IMG/VR virus record: IMGVR_UViG_3300036853_000164
Coordinates: 1 to 58,173 of that record
Length of the DNA stretch: 58,173 bases
DNA from: a virus
Taxonomy: Duplodnaviria; Caudoviricetes
Reading direction: 5' to 3' (one strand)
The translations under genes were made by a program, and so were the position numbers. Positions 19,190-29,305 of the stretch are shown piece after piece. Within the stretch, counting starts at the first letter, position 1, and each line of letters begins with the position of its first letter. Below the pieces are notes generated by a model that saw nothing but the letters and a program-made list of their open reading frames with translations, made no database searches and was not told where the DNA came from.

Positions 19190-22100
19190 ATGCCGATCGT
19201 CGACCTTGCCCCGCAGCCGCTCACCGCCATCACCGGCCGCCCGGAAGGCTTCGCCGTCACTCCTGGCAAAGACGAACTCGACCACGGCTCGGACACGCCG
19301 GACTTTGGGCGCTATCCGCGACTGGCTGGCGCCGATACGCCGGATGTCGGTGGGCCCGATTCCGTCCTCGGCGCCGCCTTCCGCCAGGGCAACATCATCG
19401 GCTCGTCGATTGCGCGCCAGGACCAGGGTGTCGGCTATGGCGCACGCGACCCGAGCTTCAATCCCTGGGACGCGATCAAGGGCACCAAGTACGAGCCGCA
19501 CTGGGACAAGTTCGTCGACACGTTCAATCCGGCGGAGGCGGACGCCCGTAAGCGCCAGATCGACATGGAGGATGAGGACCGGCGCACGCTCGCCGGGGCG
19601 CCTTGGTACAAGAGCTTCCCGGCACAATTACTTGCGGGGGCGGCCGATATCCCCTCGCTGCTACCTGGCGGCGCCTTCGTGCGCGGGGCGAAAGGCGGCA
19701 TCTCGGTCGCGGGCAGCGCCGCCGTGACTGGCGCCGCGGCCGGGGTCGGCGTTGGCCTGCAGGAGGCCGTGCTGCACGGCACCCAGCAGACGCGCACGTT
19801 CGGCGAGTCGGCAATGAATATCGGCGCGTCGGTGTTTCTCAGTGGGCTGCTCGGGGCGGCCGGGGCGAAGTTTCTGTCACGGGCGGAATGGAACCGCTCG
19901 ATCGATCTGCTCAACCGTGACCTCGGCCGTTCCGAACCTCCGGCCGGCTTCACCGCATATCACGCATCGCCCCATGATTTCGATGCATTCGACATTGGGA
20001 AGCTCGGCGCCGGAGAAGGCGCACAGGTCTACGCGCGCGGATTGTACTTTGCAGAGAATCCCGATGTGAGCGGCCCCGGAGGGTTCTACGAGCAGATGTT
20101 CAAAGGCGCCAGGGGCGAGGCTACGTCCTATCGGGTCCGCATTCTCGCCAATAAAGAGGACCTGCTCGACTGGGATCGGCCGCTGAGCGAGCAGCCAGCA
20201 AAGGTGCGGAAGCTGGTTGATGATGCTGGTCTCAAAGAGAAGATCGAGACCGGAGAAAATACCGGCGCTGGCATCTACAAGGCGCTCGAAGATCATCAAC
20301 TGGAGCAGTTGATGAGCGAGCATGTGAAGCAGCATGGGGAGGAATCATATCCCGATTCCGTTGCGGTTGCTCGCGCCCTTGAGGAGTTTCCGCAGAAACT
20401 GCGGGAGAGCGGGATTCCTGGGGTCAAGTATCTCGACGCCGGCTCTCGCAATGCCGGCGAGGGCACCCGCAACTTCGTTGTTTTTCACCACGAAAACGTT
20501 CAGATCACGCACAAGAACGGCACACCTATAGCGCCGCCTGAAACCATCAGGTCAGCCGCCATCAAGTTTCGCGGTCATGTCTACGAGGGCGACGTCCATG
20601 TCACCGCCGTTGAGAACGCAGCTAAAAAGCTGGGCATTTCGGTAGAGGATCTCATTGACGAGGCAAACGCCCACGTTGGGGCTAAAGAGGCACTGTCGGA
20701 CCTGAAGGGCTTCGTCACGTCGACCGGACGATATATCGATCGCGAGGAAGCCAGAAAGATCGCGGAGAGGAACGACCTGCTGAGCGACTTCGCCAAGACG
20801 GAGTCGAAGTCCACGCTCAGCATGGAGGAAATCGCGCTGGAGCACCGCCCGGGCTTCGGGCAGCCCTCTATCGATCGGGCCATCGGCGGCGCGCCCGCCT
20901 CGGCCGGTGCCGCCGCCGTGGAGGCGCCCACTCTGGAGGGCAACCGCATCGCTGGACGCACCGCGCGGGCACTTGCCGCGGTGACGCGGCCTCTCAACCC
21001 ATTCATGCGGGTGATGCAAAGCCCTGCCGCAACGTCGCGGTCGACGATCCAGCGGCTTGCCGAGTTTGCCGGCTACACCGATGGGAATTTCGCCGAGCGG
21101 GCATCGCCCAAAGCCGCAGAAACAGCGATCAAGCGATGGCAGGGCGCGCTGACGGTCGGCATCGAGGACAGCAACAAGATTTACGAGGACTACTGGAAAT
21201 CTGGTGGGGGCTCGAAAGTGGGCCTCAAGTTCTCGGAGTGGGGCGTGTCGGCGCCCCCGGGCATCCTGAAGCCGGATGAATTCCGCGACGCGGTCGGAAA
21301 GGCGATGCGCCGGGAGGATAAGTCTGACAACCCCTACGTCGCGAAGGCCGCCGGCAATTGGCGCAAGCTTGTCGTCGAGCCGCTCAAGGACGAAGCTATC
21401 AAGATGGGGCTGCTGCCAGAGGACGTGAACGTGGCTTTTGCCCCGTCCTACTTCTCGCGCATGTGGAACCGCAATCGCATCATCGGGGAGGAGGACCGAT
21501 TCAAAGGGCTCGTTACCGAGTTCATGAACGACCACATCATCAAGGAATACGACACTGCGACGGCCGCGACCAAGGGGCGACTGCAGAAGCTCGATCAGGA
21601 GATCATGGACCTCACGCTGTCGCCGGAAGGCCGCACCGAGCAACTCGGCAAGGTCGAGGCGGCGCTAGCGGCCCATGAGGAAGCTGGCGACGCCTATCTC
21701 GGGCTGACGGAAAAAGCGGACCGGCTGGGCGAGCTCGATGCCGAGATGCGGCGGGCGAAGAACGCCAAGGACAAGGCGGCATATCAGACGGCGAAGTCAG
21801 AAAAGGACACCATCATAGAGCAGGGCGGCGAAGCCCTGAAAGACTTCAGGACCGAACGCGCGGCGTTGCGGAAGCGGCGAAGCGATATCGACCTCGGCGC
21901 CGCCGGCCTTGCCGAGCGTTCTCAGCAGATCATGGAGAACCTAGCCAACCTGGAGGAGGACACACAGCGCAGCCTCGGCCGCTTGGTCAAGAAGGGTCAG
22001 AAGCTAGAACGCGAACTCGACAAGCTCGACCCGGATGTGCTGGCGGAGCGCATCTCGGCGCTGAAGGACAACTTCGCGGCCATCGCCCAGCGGTCCGACG

Positions 22101-24316
22101 CCGCGGCAGACCGGGCGGCCAAGGCCATTGCCGACATGAAGGAAACGGCTGCCAAGCGGGCGGCGAAGGCTGGAGAGGAAGCGCAAGTCGCGGGCGCCAA
22201 CGTCGTCCACGGCAATCCCGAGGAGGCTGCCGCCAACCGGGCCGCGGCCAAGGCGGCCCGCGAGAAGGCGAACGCCGCGCTGGAGGAGGCCGAGGCCAAG
22301 GTCACTGCGCGCCTGGAAAAGGAGGCCGCAACCCAGCGCGCCCGGTCCGAGCGCATGACGAAGATTGCAGACCGGCTGGCGGTCGCCGAAGGCTTCGACC
22401 GGGAAGGGGCTGTCGCCGAGTTGCGGGCGGGCATAGAGAAGGCAATCGCGGAAGCTTCTGATACGGCCCTGGCTCGGGGCGAGCGTGCCCAGCGCATGCT
22501 TGAGCGCGTGGCCGCCCTCGATCCCCAGCGCATCAAGGACCGCGTCGCCACCGTCGAGCAAATGAAGAAGGATATTCAGCGCGCCTATTATGACCGCTGG
22601 GAAACCAAGCGCCTCGGCGAGAACATCGACCTCTACGCCCCCAATGCGCGGCGCCCGGATTTCAGCGAATACGCCAAGGAGATCGCCGAGCACATCTACA
22701 ACACGTTCACGGGCAGGGCAGAAGAGGCCGGCATCCGACCGGAGTTTGCCCCGGTCACGACGCGCGGCCCGATGAAGGAAAGGACGCTTCCGATCCCGGA
22801 CCTCTATGTGAGCCCGCAGTTCGGTGCGATCGAGGACTTCCTCACGCATGACGTTGAAGAAGTGATGAAGCGCTACACCCGCGTCATGGGGGCGGACGTG
22901 GAAGTGCAGCGGCAATTCGGCTCGCTAGACCTCAAAGACGAGATGGCGGCCATCCATCGCAACTATGATGGGCTGCGCGCCGAGGCGCCAGACGAGAAAG
23001 CGCGCATCGCGCTGAGCGAGGCAGAGAAGGCCGACAAGCGGGACATCACGGAGACCCTGAACAACATCCGCGGCACCCGTGCTCCGCACGCATGGGAGCA
23101 GGGCAACTGGGGCGCCATCGTCCGCAGCGCCAATCATTTCGAATACATCCTGCACATGGGCCACACGACACTGAACAGCCTGCAGGACGCGGTTCGTCCG
23201 GCGATGGTTCACGGGCTCATGCCGTACATGAGGACGATCGGTCAACTCGCGACGAACCTTCAGGCCATCAAGCTTCAGGTGCGCGATGGCAAGCTTATGG
23301 GCAACATCGCGGAGACGGTGAACTCGGCCAGGCTCTCGACCATCGCCGACCTGGGCGACCCGATGGCGCGGCGCGGCCCGATCGAATCGTTCATGGCAAA
23401 CATGACCGACCTGGCGTCCAAGTGGAACGGCATCAGGCTGTGGACTGACTGGATGAAGTCCATCGCTTCAGCGATGACGCAGAACCGCCTCCTCGAAAAC
23501 GCGATGAACTTCGCGAAGCTCGATAAATCCGAATCGGCCTATATGCATTTTCTCGGCATCGACGCCGGCATGGCAGAGCGCATCGCCGCGCGCTTCGAGG
23601 CCCACGGGCAGGAATTGCGCGGCGTCAAGTGGGCCAACATCGCGGAATGGGGCAAGACTGATGCGGCGGCGCGCGACGCCTTCGCGGCGGCGATGAACAA
23701 GGATGTGGACTCCATCATTGTTATCCCGTCCAAGGCCGACGTGCCCCTGCTCGCACATCGGCCGGAGGGCAAGATTCTCCTCCAGTTCAAGTCGTTCACA
23801 CTCGCCTCGCATCAGCGGGTGATGTTGCGCGGGTTGCAGGAGAAGCCGAGTCGGTTCATCGGCGGCGCCGTCGCTATGTCGGCACTCGGCATGCTCCAGG
23901 TCTACCTTGCCGCACTGTCGGGCAATCGCACGTCTGAGCTGCGCAACATGGCCGACGATCCCGGGTGGTGGCTCGGCGAGGCAATCGACAAGGCGTCATT
24001 CCTGCCCGTGTTCATGGAGGCGTCGAACGATTTCGAGAAGTTCACAACCATGAACCCGGTCAAGGCGCCGCTGAAGGTCTTCGACAAGGGGGCGGCGGAA
24101 TCGCAGAAGGTCCAGGGTGCGCAGCCGATTTCCGTCCTGGGCCCCATGGTCGGGTCGGCGGTCGACTTGGGAACCGTGCTCTCAATGGGCGCCAACATCA
24201 AAGAGGGTAAGCCGATCCGCAAAGGGCAAGTGAATGCCGCGGAAAGGCTGATGCCGTTCAATAGCTATCTCGGCATTCGCGAGGCGATGAAGTACCTGTT
24301 CAATCCACCGCACTAG
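19190..24316 (+). CDS. Large ejection protein (T7 gp16-position) with polyvalent insert domains
   Basis: 1708 aa; ART-like 'YHASPHDF..F...GEG..Y..GLYFAE...NFVVF'; long coiled coil; C-terminal 'LLQFKSF' motif. Confidence 0.8.
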   Translation: MPIVDLAPQPLTAITGRPEGFAVTPGKDELDHGSDTPDFGRYPRLAGADTPDVGGPDSVLGAAFRQGNIIGSSIARQDQGVGYGARDPSFNPWDAIKGTKYEPHWDKFVDTFNPAEADARKRQIDMEDEDRRTLAGAPWYKSFPAQLLAGAADIPSLLPGGAFVRGAKGGISVAGSAAVTGAAAGVGVGLQEAVLHGTQQTRTFGESAMNIGASVFLSGLLGAAGAKFLSRAEWNRSIDLLNRDLGRSEPPAGFTAYHASPHDFDAFDIGKLGAGEGAQVYARGLYFAENPDVSGPGGFYEQMFKGARGEATSYRVRILANKEDLLDWDRPLSEQPAKVRKLVDDAGLKEKIETGENTGAGIYKALEDHQLEQLMSEHVKQHGEESYPDSVAVARALEEFPQKLRESGIPGVKYLDAGSRNAGEGTRNFVVFHHENVQITHKNGTPIAPPETIRSAAIKFRGHVYEGDVHVTAVENAAKKLGISVEDLIDEANAHVGAKEALSDLKGFVTSTGRYIDREEARKIAERNDLLSDFAKTESKSTLSMEEIALEHRPGFGQPSIDRAIGGAPASAGAAAVEAPTLEGNRIAGRTARALAAVTRPLNPFMRVMQSPAATSRSTIQRLAEFAGYTDGNFAERASPKAAETAIKRWQGALTVGIEDSNKIYEDYWKSGGGSKVGLKFSEWGVSAPPGILKPDEFRDAVGKAMRREDKSDNPYVAKAAGNWRKLVVEPLKDEAIKMGLLPEDVNVAFAPSYFSRMWNRNRIIGEEDRFKGLVTEFMNDHIIKEYDTATAATKGRLQKLDQEIMDLTLSPEGRTEQLGKVEAALAAHEEAGDAYLGLTEKADRLGELDAEMRRAKNAKDKAAYQTAKSEKDTIIEQGGEALKDFRTERAALRKRRSDIDLGAAGLAERSQQIMENLANLEEDTQRSLGRLVKKGQKLERELDKLDPDVLAERISALKDNFAAIAQRSDAAADRAAKAIADMKETAAKRAAKAGEEAQVAGANVVHGNPEEAAANRAAAKAAREKANAALEEAEAKVTARLEKEAATQRARSERMTKIADRLAVAEGFDREGAVAELRAGIEKAIAEASDTALARGERAQRMLERVAALDPQRIKDRVATVEQMKKDIQRAYYDRWETKRLGENIDLYAPNARRPDFSEYAKEIAEHIYNTFTGRAEEAGIRPEFAPVTTRGPMKERTLPIPDLYVSPQFGAIEDFLTHDVEEVMKRYTRVMGADVEVQRQFGSLDLKDEMAAIHRNYDGLRAEAPDEKARIALSEAEKADKRDITETLNNIRGTRAPHAWEQGNWGAIVRSANHFEYILHMGHTTLNSLQDAVRPAMVHGLMPYMRTIGQLATNLQAIKLQVRDGKLMGNIAETVNSARLSTIADLGDPMARRGPIESFMANMTDLASKWNGIRLWTDWMKSIASAMTQNRLLENAMNFAKLDKSESAYMHFLGIDAGMAERIAARFEAHGQELRGVKWANIAEWGKTDAAARDAFAAAMNKDVDSIIVIPSKADVPLLAHRPEGKILLQFKSFTLASHQRVMLRGLQEKPSRFIGGAVAMSALGMLQVYLAALSGNRTSELRNMADDPGWWLGEAIDKASFLPVFMEASNDFEKFTTMNPVKAPLKVFDKGAAESQKVQGAQPISVLGPMVGSAVDLGTVLSMGANIKEGKPIRKGQVNAAERLMPFNSYLGIREAMKYLFNPPH

Positions 24317-24386
24317 TAGTTTGGGTGCTAGCCGATCGAGAGACGGCACAGCCGTGAGGCCGGATGAGACGACCGGACACCCAAAG

Positions 24387-24617
24387 CTAGGGATCGATTG
24401 AGTTCGCGATCCATGGGATGCCCCAGCAGACAATAAATATCAGGCCAACCCCGAAGAGCGCCGCGCCCGTCGCCGGTCCGACCGCATCGCCGTAGTGCGG
24501 TTCCCAAGTGAAGTTCCGGTCGATCATCCAAATGATGATGGTTGCCAATATCCAAGCAGCGGACCCGATCACGGCCGCTCGCCGCCAAAATCTCTTGTTG
24601 GCCCACAACCGCATCAT
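24387..24617 (-). CDS. Two-TM membrane protein (antisense moron)
   Basis: Two hydrophobic segments, GGAGGG RBS. Confidence 0.65.
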   Translation of the reverse strand: MMRLWANKRFWRRAAVIGSAAWILATIIIWMIDRNFTWEPHYGDAVGPATGAALFGVGLIFIVCWGIPWIANSIDP

Positions 24618-24668
24618 GCCCCTCCCTGATCTTCGCGGTCAGTCTCCTATCTGAATAAAGGGTTTTTC

Positions 24669-26423
24669 ATGGCCGCAATCGATCGCCTTAATGGCTTGGC
24701 GAGTGAAACGACCTTGGCGATCAAAGCGCCCTGCGCAGCGGCCACGACGGCGAACATCACGCTATCCGGCATCCAGACGATCGACGGCGTGTCGGTCGGC
24801 AACGACTCCGAGCGCGTGCTGGTCAAAGATCAGACCGACGCCACGCAGAACAACATCTACATCGCGTCATCCGGCAACTGGACTTATGCCGAGGACGCGG
24901 GCGGGAATACGGACTGGGCTACCGGAACGCTTGTCTATGTGTCTGGCGGCCTGACGAATGCCGGCGCGTACCAGCAGACCGGCACCGATTCGCCGATCGT
25001 CATCGGCACATCGGACCTTGCCTTCACGCCGACCGTGGGCGCCGGGGCACTGACCCGGACTAAGCTTTCGGCGAACCTCACCCTCTACGTCGACAGCGGC
25101 ACGCTCGGCAACGACGCCAACAGCGGCCTGACCAGCGCCACTCCATTCAAGACGATCCAGGCGGCCTATGACCACCTGGCGGACACCTACGATGTCTCCG
25201 GCTACATCGCGACGATTCAGTGCGCCGCGGGGACGTACACCAGCGGCCTGCTCACCAATAAGGCCGTGATCGGCGCCAATGGGCCGAAGTCGGTGCGCCT
25301 GCTCGGTGGCGCGACCACCTCGAATTTCGTGATCTCGACCACGGGCAAGGACTGCATCAATCTCGGCGGGGCGCCGGCGACGGGGACCGCAGCCGCCAAT
25401 TCCTTCGGCAGCACCGTTCTGACCATCGGCGGCTTCAAGCTCACCACGTCGTCCAGCGGCAGCGGGATCGTGGTTTCGGGCGGCGGCGCAGCTCTCGTGC
25501 TCGGTGATCCAGTCTCGGGCTACAAGATCGAGTTCGGCTCCTGCGTCAACGATCACATGATCTTCGCGCACAACGCCTGGGGAATCGTCGGGACGGATTA
25601 TTCGATCTCCGGCGGCGCCGCCATCCACGCCGCCACGGAGTCCGGTGCCGTGCTCGCGCTGCACGGCGCCACGGTAACCATCACCGGCACGCCGGCCTTC
25701 TCGACTGCGTTCGCCTACGCCAGCACCGGCTCGAAGCTCTACATGGACTCGATGACGTTCAACGGGTCTGCGTCCGGCGTGCGCTGGCTCGCCCTCTCGC
25801 TCGGCCTCATCTATACCCTCAACGACTCCGCGACCTACATCCCCGGCAACACCTCAGGCGCCGAAGCGCTCGGCGGCAAGATCATCCAGGCCTCGGTCAA
25901 TCAATACTGGGGCGTGGCAAGCGGAGGGACGGGGACCACGCTCGCAGCCACGGGCGGCACGAGTCAGGTACTTCAACAGACCTCGACCGGGGCCGCTATC
26001 ACCGTCGGCCGGCTCTCATTGAGCGATATTTCGGGGGCGCCGCTCCCGGAGATGATCGGCGGCAAGGCGCTCGGGGTGAATTTCAATTCCGCCAACACCG
26101 ACAACGCCATCACGATCACGTCGCCGACGACGAATTATCAGGTCACTGGCGTCATCATCTGCAACGCCAACCATACGCTGACCACGGCGACGTTCGGCGT
26201 CTTCGGTGCAGCGGCGGCGGGCGCCCCTACGATTCAGAACGCCGCCACTGCATGCACGGCGACATCGAACACGGCGAACACCAACAACAACATGCAAGCG
26301 GTGACACCGACGAATTCGACCACGCTGCTGCTCAATCTGGCGACGATCTATTTCCGCATCGGCACTGCGGAGGGGGCCGCCACGACGGCAGACGTTTATA
26401 TCATCATTCAACCACTGTTCTAA
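24669..26423 (+). CDS. Tail fibre / tailspike (no signal peptide)
   Basis: 'ATTANITLSG.QTIDG..RVLVKDQTDATQNNIY' anchor, 'LYVD..GNDANSGL..PFKTIQAA', beta-rich body. Confidence 0.85.
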   Translation: MAAIDRLNGLASETTLAIKAPCAAATTANITLSGIQTIDGVSVGNDSERVLVKDQTDATQNNIYIASSGNWTYAEDAGGNTDWATGTLVYVSGGLTNAGAYQQTGTDSPIVIGTSDLAFTPTVGAGALTRTKLSANLTLYVDSGTLGNDANSGLTSATPFKTIQAAYDHLADTYDVSGYIATIQCAAGTYTSGLLTNKAVIGANGPKSVRLLGGATTSNFVISTTGKDCINLGGAPATGTAAANSFGSTVLTIGGFKLTTSSSGSGIVVSGGGAALVLGDPVSGYKIEFGSCVNDHMIFAHNAWGIVGTDYSISGGAAIHAATESGAVLALHGATVTITGTPAFSTAFAYASTGSKLYMDSMTFNGSASGVRWLALSLGLIYTLNDSATYIPGNTSGAEALGGKIIQASVNQYWGVASGGTGTTLAATGGTSQVLQQTSTGAAITVGRLSLSDISGAPLPEMIGGKALGVNFNSANTDNAITITSPTTNYQVTGVIICNANHTLTTATFGVFGAAAAGAPTIQNAATACTATSNTANTNNNMQAVTPTNSTTLLLNLATIYFRIGTAEGAATTADVYIIIQPLF

Positions 26424-26443
26424 ACCCAGGCGGAGAATCCGGC

Positions 26444-26857
26444 TTGACCCAAAAAGACATCGTCTCGTGTTCGCTGGTGGGGCTCGCGCTCGCCCTCGCG
26501 ATTCTGTTGAGCTCGTCGCTGATCGCGCGGTCGGCCTGGCAGAACGTGGCCGGGGAATGGGAACCATACCGCCTCAACGAATCGCAACATCGGTGGTTCA
26601 AATCGATCAAATCGCCGACCGGCATACCGTGCTGCGATATTTCCGACGGCCATCCGACCGAGATGCAGCGGCGCGACGACGGCATTTACATCCCCGACCC
26701 GATCCACCTGGACGAGCCTCGGCAATGGATCAAGGTGCCTGATGCGGCGGTCGTCAAAGGCGCGATAAATCCAATCGGTGTCGCGACGGTTTGGTGGGTC
26801 CAGGAGTCTGCGGACGCGATACATATCCGCTGCTTCGTGCGGGACTCCGAAGGGTAA
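26444..26857 (+). CDS. Exported Cys-containing hypothetical protein
   Basis: TTG start after GGAG; hydrophobic N-terminus; 'PCCDISD'...'IRCFV'. Confidence 0.65.
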   Translation: MTQKDIVSCSLVGLALALAILLSSSLIARSAWQNVAGEWEPYRLNESQHRWFKSIKSPTGIPCCDISDGHPTEMQRRDDGIYIPDPIHLDEPRQWIKVPDAAVVKGAINPIGVATVWWVQESADAIHIRCFVRDSEG

Positions 26858-27016
26858 ATGGCCGACAGCACCATCAAGCGCGGCCGTATGCGCAAGCCCG
26901 CAAAGCCCGCAAAGCCGCGCAAGCGCCCGATCGATCGCGTCGCGCGCAGGAAAGCGTTCATCCGAACTGAGCGGCGGGCATCGGCGCAAATGAGCATGAG
27001 GTGGTTGGGACAATGA
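26858..27016 (+). CDS. Small Arg/Lys-rich protein
   Basis: MADSTIKRGRMRKPAKPAKPRKRP..., coupled at both ends. Confidence 0.5.
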   Translation: MADSTIKRGRMRKPAKPAKPRKRPIDRVARRKAFIRTERRASAQMSMRWLGQ

Positions 27017-27687
27017 AAACGCACGTCCTGGATACCCCGAACAACGTCATCGGCCACTTCGACCGCTTGCATGCCGCCGGCTTCGACACGATCATACGTT
27101 ATCTCGCGCCGTCCGCAACTTCGTGGAAGGTTGTCCAAGAGGCTGAGGCCAGGGCGATTGCCGCCGCCGGGTTCAAGCTGGCGCTCGTTTTCGAAGGGGA
27201 TGGCCATGCTCATGGCGCTGCCACAGGCAGGCGTGATGGAAAGGCAGCGCTCACCCAGGCTGAGGCTGCGGGAGCGCCGGAAGGCGCGGTGATCTATTAC
27301 ACCGAGGACTACGACCCCAACCCGGCCGAATTTCCTGGAATTATTGCGGCGTTCAAGGCCTTCAAAGCCGTCATGAAAGGGCAGTATCGTGTCGGCGCCT
27401 ACTGTTCGGGTGCGTTGGCAAAAGCACTTATCGCGGCCGAGGTGGTAGACTTCACAAAAAACAAAACCACAGACGAGGCCATTCCCCTGATCTGGATCAC
27501 GCAGTCCCTCGGCTTCCGCGGATCGCGCGACTATCTCAACAGCGGCGAGCCGTTCGTCATGTTCCAATTGCTGCCCGGGAAGGCAGGCGGGCTGGACGAA
27601 GACCCGGACATCACATTCCACAACTATTTAAACGAGGACATAGATATCGGCGCTTTTGTGCCGTTTACTGAAGGAGCGACTGCATGA
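27013..27687 (+). CDS. Endolysin, DUF1906/Rv2525c-like (GH25-like) glycoside hydrolase
   Basis: 'IIRY', 'LALVFE', 'G..DG..A...A...GAP.GAVIYY..DYD', 'YRVGAY'. Confidence 0.8.
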   Translation: MKTHVLDTPNNVIGHFDRLHAAGFDTIIRYLAPSATSWKVVQEAEARAIAAAGFKLALVFEGDGHAHGAATGRRDGKAALTQAEAAGAPEGAVIYYTEDYDPNPAEFPGIIAAFKAFKAVMKGQYRVGAYCSGALAKALIAAEVVDFTKNKTTDEAIPLIWITQSLGFRGSRDYLNSGEPFVMFQLLPGKAGGLDEDPDITFHNYLNEDIDIGAFVPFTEGATA

Positions 27688-28019
27688 ACCAAAACACATG
27701 GATTAGTTGGATCACGACTGGGATCGGTCTGATCGGCGCGGCAGCGGCCACAAATGGTTGGATCACTTCCCAGACCGCGACCACGATTGCCGGCGCCGCC
27801 GCGACGGTAGTTCCGCTCGTTTGGGGTTGGTTCATCCATTCCGATGTCAAGGTGGCGGAGACGGCAGGCGCCATTCCTGGTGTGAAGCCGGTGCAGGTCA
27901 CCGCCGCAGCATCGCCCGAACTCCAAAGGGCCGCCGCGGACAGTAATATCAAGACTGTCGTGCCTGCCGCTTCCGAGCCCTTCGTATCTTCAAACATCAC
28001 GCAGAAACGATCTTTCTGA
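27684..28019 (+). CDS. Putative holin
   Basis: Two TM segments, directly after the endolysin. Confidence 0.65.
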   Translation: MNQNTWISWITTGIGLIGAAAATNGWITSQTATTIAGAAATVVPLVWGWFIHSDVKVAETAGAIPGVKPVQVTAAASPELQRAAADSNIKTVVPAASEPFVSSNITQKRSF

Positions 28020-28035
28020 AACCAAGGAGAACAAT

Positions 28036-28305
28036 ATGAAGACGTTCGTAATGCTGACAGTGGCTTGTTTGGTTTACGGCCTGGCAACGCCCGCTAGGGC
28101 GCAGGATGATTCGCCGTGTGAGAAGCTGACGGACTTTGCGTATAGGTGTCCGAAGCCAACACGTCCAGATGGCCCGCCGAAGTGTCACCTCTACGGTCCG
28201 GATGACCAGATTTGTGACCGGCCTTTGACGGCCGTTCCGCAGGTTACGTACACGAAGCCCTCCAACTGCGGTTGGAACAAGGCCGGCAAATACATCTGCT
28301 GGTAA
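28036..28305 (+). CDS. Secreted Cys-rich small protein
   Basis: Sec signal ending ARA-Q; six Cys in the mature part. Confidence 0.7.
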   Translation: MKTFVMLTVACLVYGLATPARAQDDSPCEKLTDFAYRCPKPTRPDGPPKCHLYGPDDQICDRPLTAVPQVTYTKPSNCGWNKAGKYICW

Positions 28306-28315
28306 GGAGAGAAAA

Positions 28316-28705
28316 ATGATCACCCGTCGTCAATTCGGTCACCGCCTGATGGTGGGGACATCTGTTCCCGTCGTTCTTTCGATCGCCGCTTGTAGCCAAC
28401 TTACTGGCGGCCTTACGCTTGGCGAGCTCGCCGCCAAGATTCAAACCGTCTGCGGTTTCCGGACATCGATAGATTATCTCGCCGCTGTCGCTGTCTCATT
28501 CGTGGGGGCGTCCTTCAACCCAGCAGCGGCGCTCGCCGCCGATCTGGCAAAGAAGATCGAGGATGGGGTGTGCGGAGCGGTCATGGCGCACCCCACTGCG
28601 CAAACGAACGCTCTCCGCCTAGAGTCCGCGACTGCCGGGCACGTCATCACCGTCATCGTCAACGGTGTCCAGGTGAAAGGCGAGCTGACCGCCAAGCGCC
28701 CGTGA
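28316..28705 (+). CDS. Putative Tat lipoprotein
   Basis: TRRQF twin-arginine motif plus IAA-C lipobox. Confidence 0.6.
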   Translation: MITRRQFGHRLMVGTSVPVVLSIAACSQLTGGLTLGELAAKIQTVCGFRTSIDYLAAVAVSFVGASFNPAAALAADLAKKIEDGVCGAVMAHPTAQTNALRLESATAGHVITVIVNGVQVKGELTAKRP

Positions 28706-29013
28706 AGTGGGTAATCAAATGGTGGCGCGCGCTGCGCCGCTTTGGCCATGACGGTCCTTGGCAAGAGCCGAAGGAGCATCTTGCTCCCGAGGTTGATGCT
28801 CGTACGGCGATAATCAAAATGTGGGGAACAGAGGTGGCCATGACCGACATGATCAAACGTGACGATGTGCTCGCGTTGCTCGAGCGAGGCGGCACCATCG
28901 ACGATATTCGCAAGTTGCCTTCTTGGCCGGCCCCCAACCCCGAGGGGCGCGATGGTAGAAATATAATGGGGCAGACTGAGGACGAGTTTTGGGACATGGT
29001 TGATAGAAGGTAG
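28702..29013 (+). CDS. Hypothetical protein
   Basis: GTGA overlap with the upstream stop. Confidence 0.5.
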   Translation: MKWVIKWWRALRRFGHDGPWQEPKEHLAPEVDARTAIIKMWGTEVAMTDMIKRDDVLALLERGGTIDDIRKLPSWPAPNPEGRDGRNIMGQTEDEFWDMVDRR

Positions 29014-29018
29014 CGCGC

Positions 29019-29288
29019 ATGTCGATATTCGATGATCTAAATCTGTTTGCCCGTCTGGAGAACGAGGGGGACATCGCTGCCATCGCCGGGGTTACTCCCG
29101 CGCTGCAGGCGGACATCATCGGCCTTGGTGACGATCTCATTCGGATCGGCAACAGGCTGAAGAAGATCGGCGCTGACGTTACGCCCATCGTGGTCGCGGG
29201 GCGCAAAATCCAAGCAGCACTGGCACCACCGGCGCACGGCGGAACGGCGGACTCCGGCCCAGGCTTTGATGGCCATAGCGGCCCATAG
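29019..29288 (+). CDS. Hypothetical protein
   Basis: 89 aa in the operon. Confidence 0.6.
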   Translation: MSIFDDLNLFARLENEGDIAAIAGVTPALQADIIGLGDDLIRIGNRLKKIGADVTPIVVAGRKIQAALAPPAHGGTADSGPGFDGHSGP

Positions 29289-29305
29289 GTGTAGGGGTAA
29301 CGATA

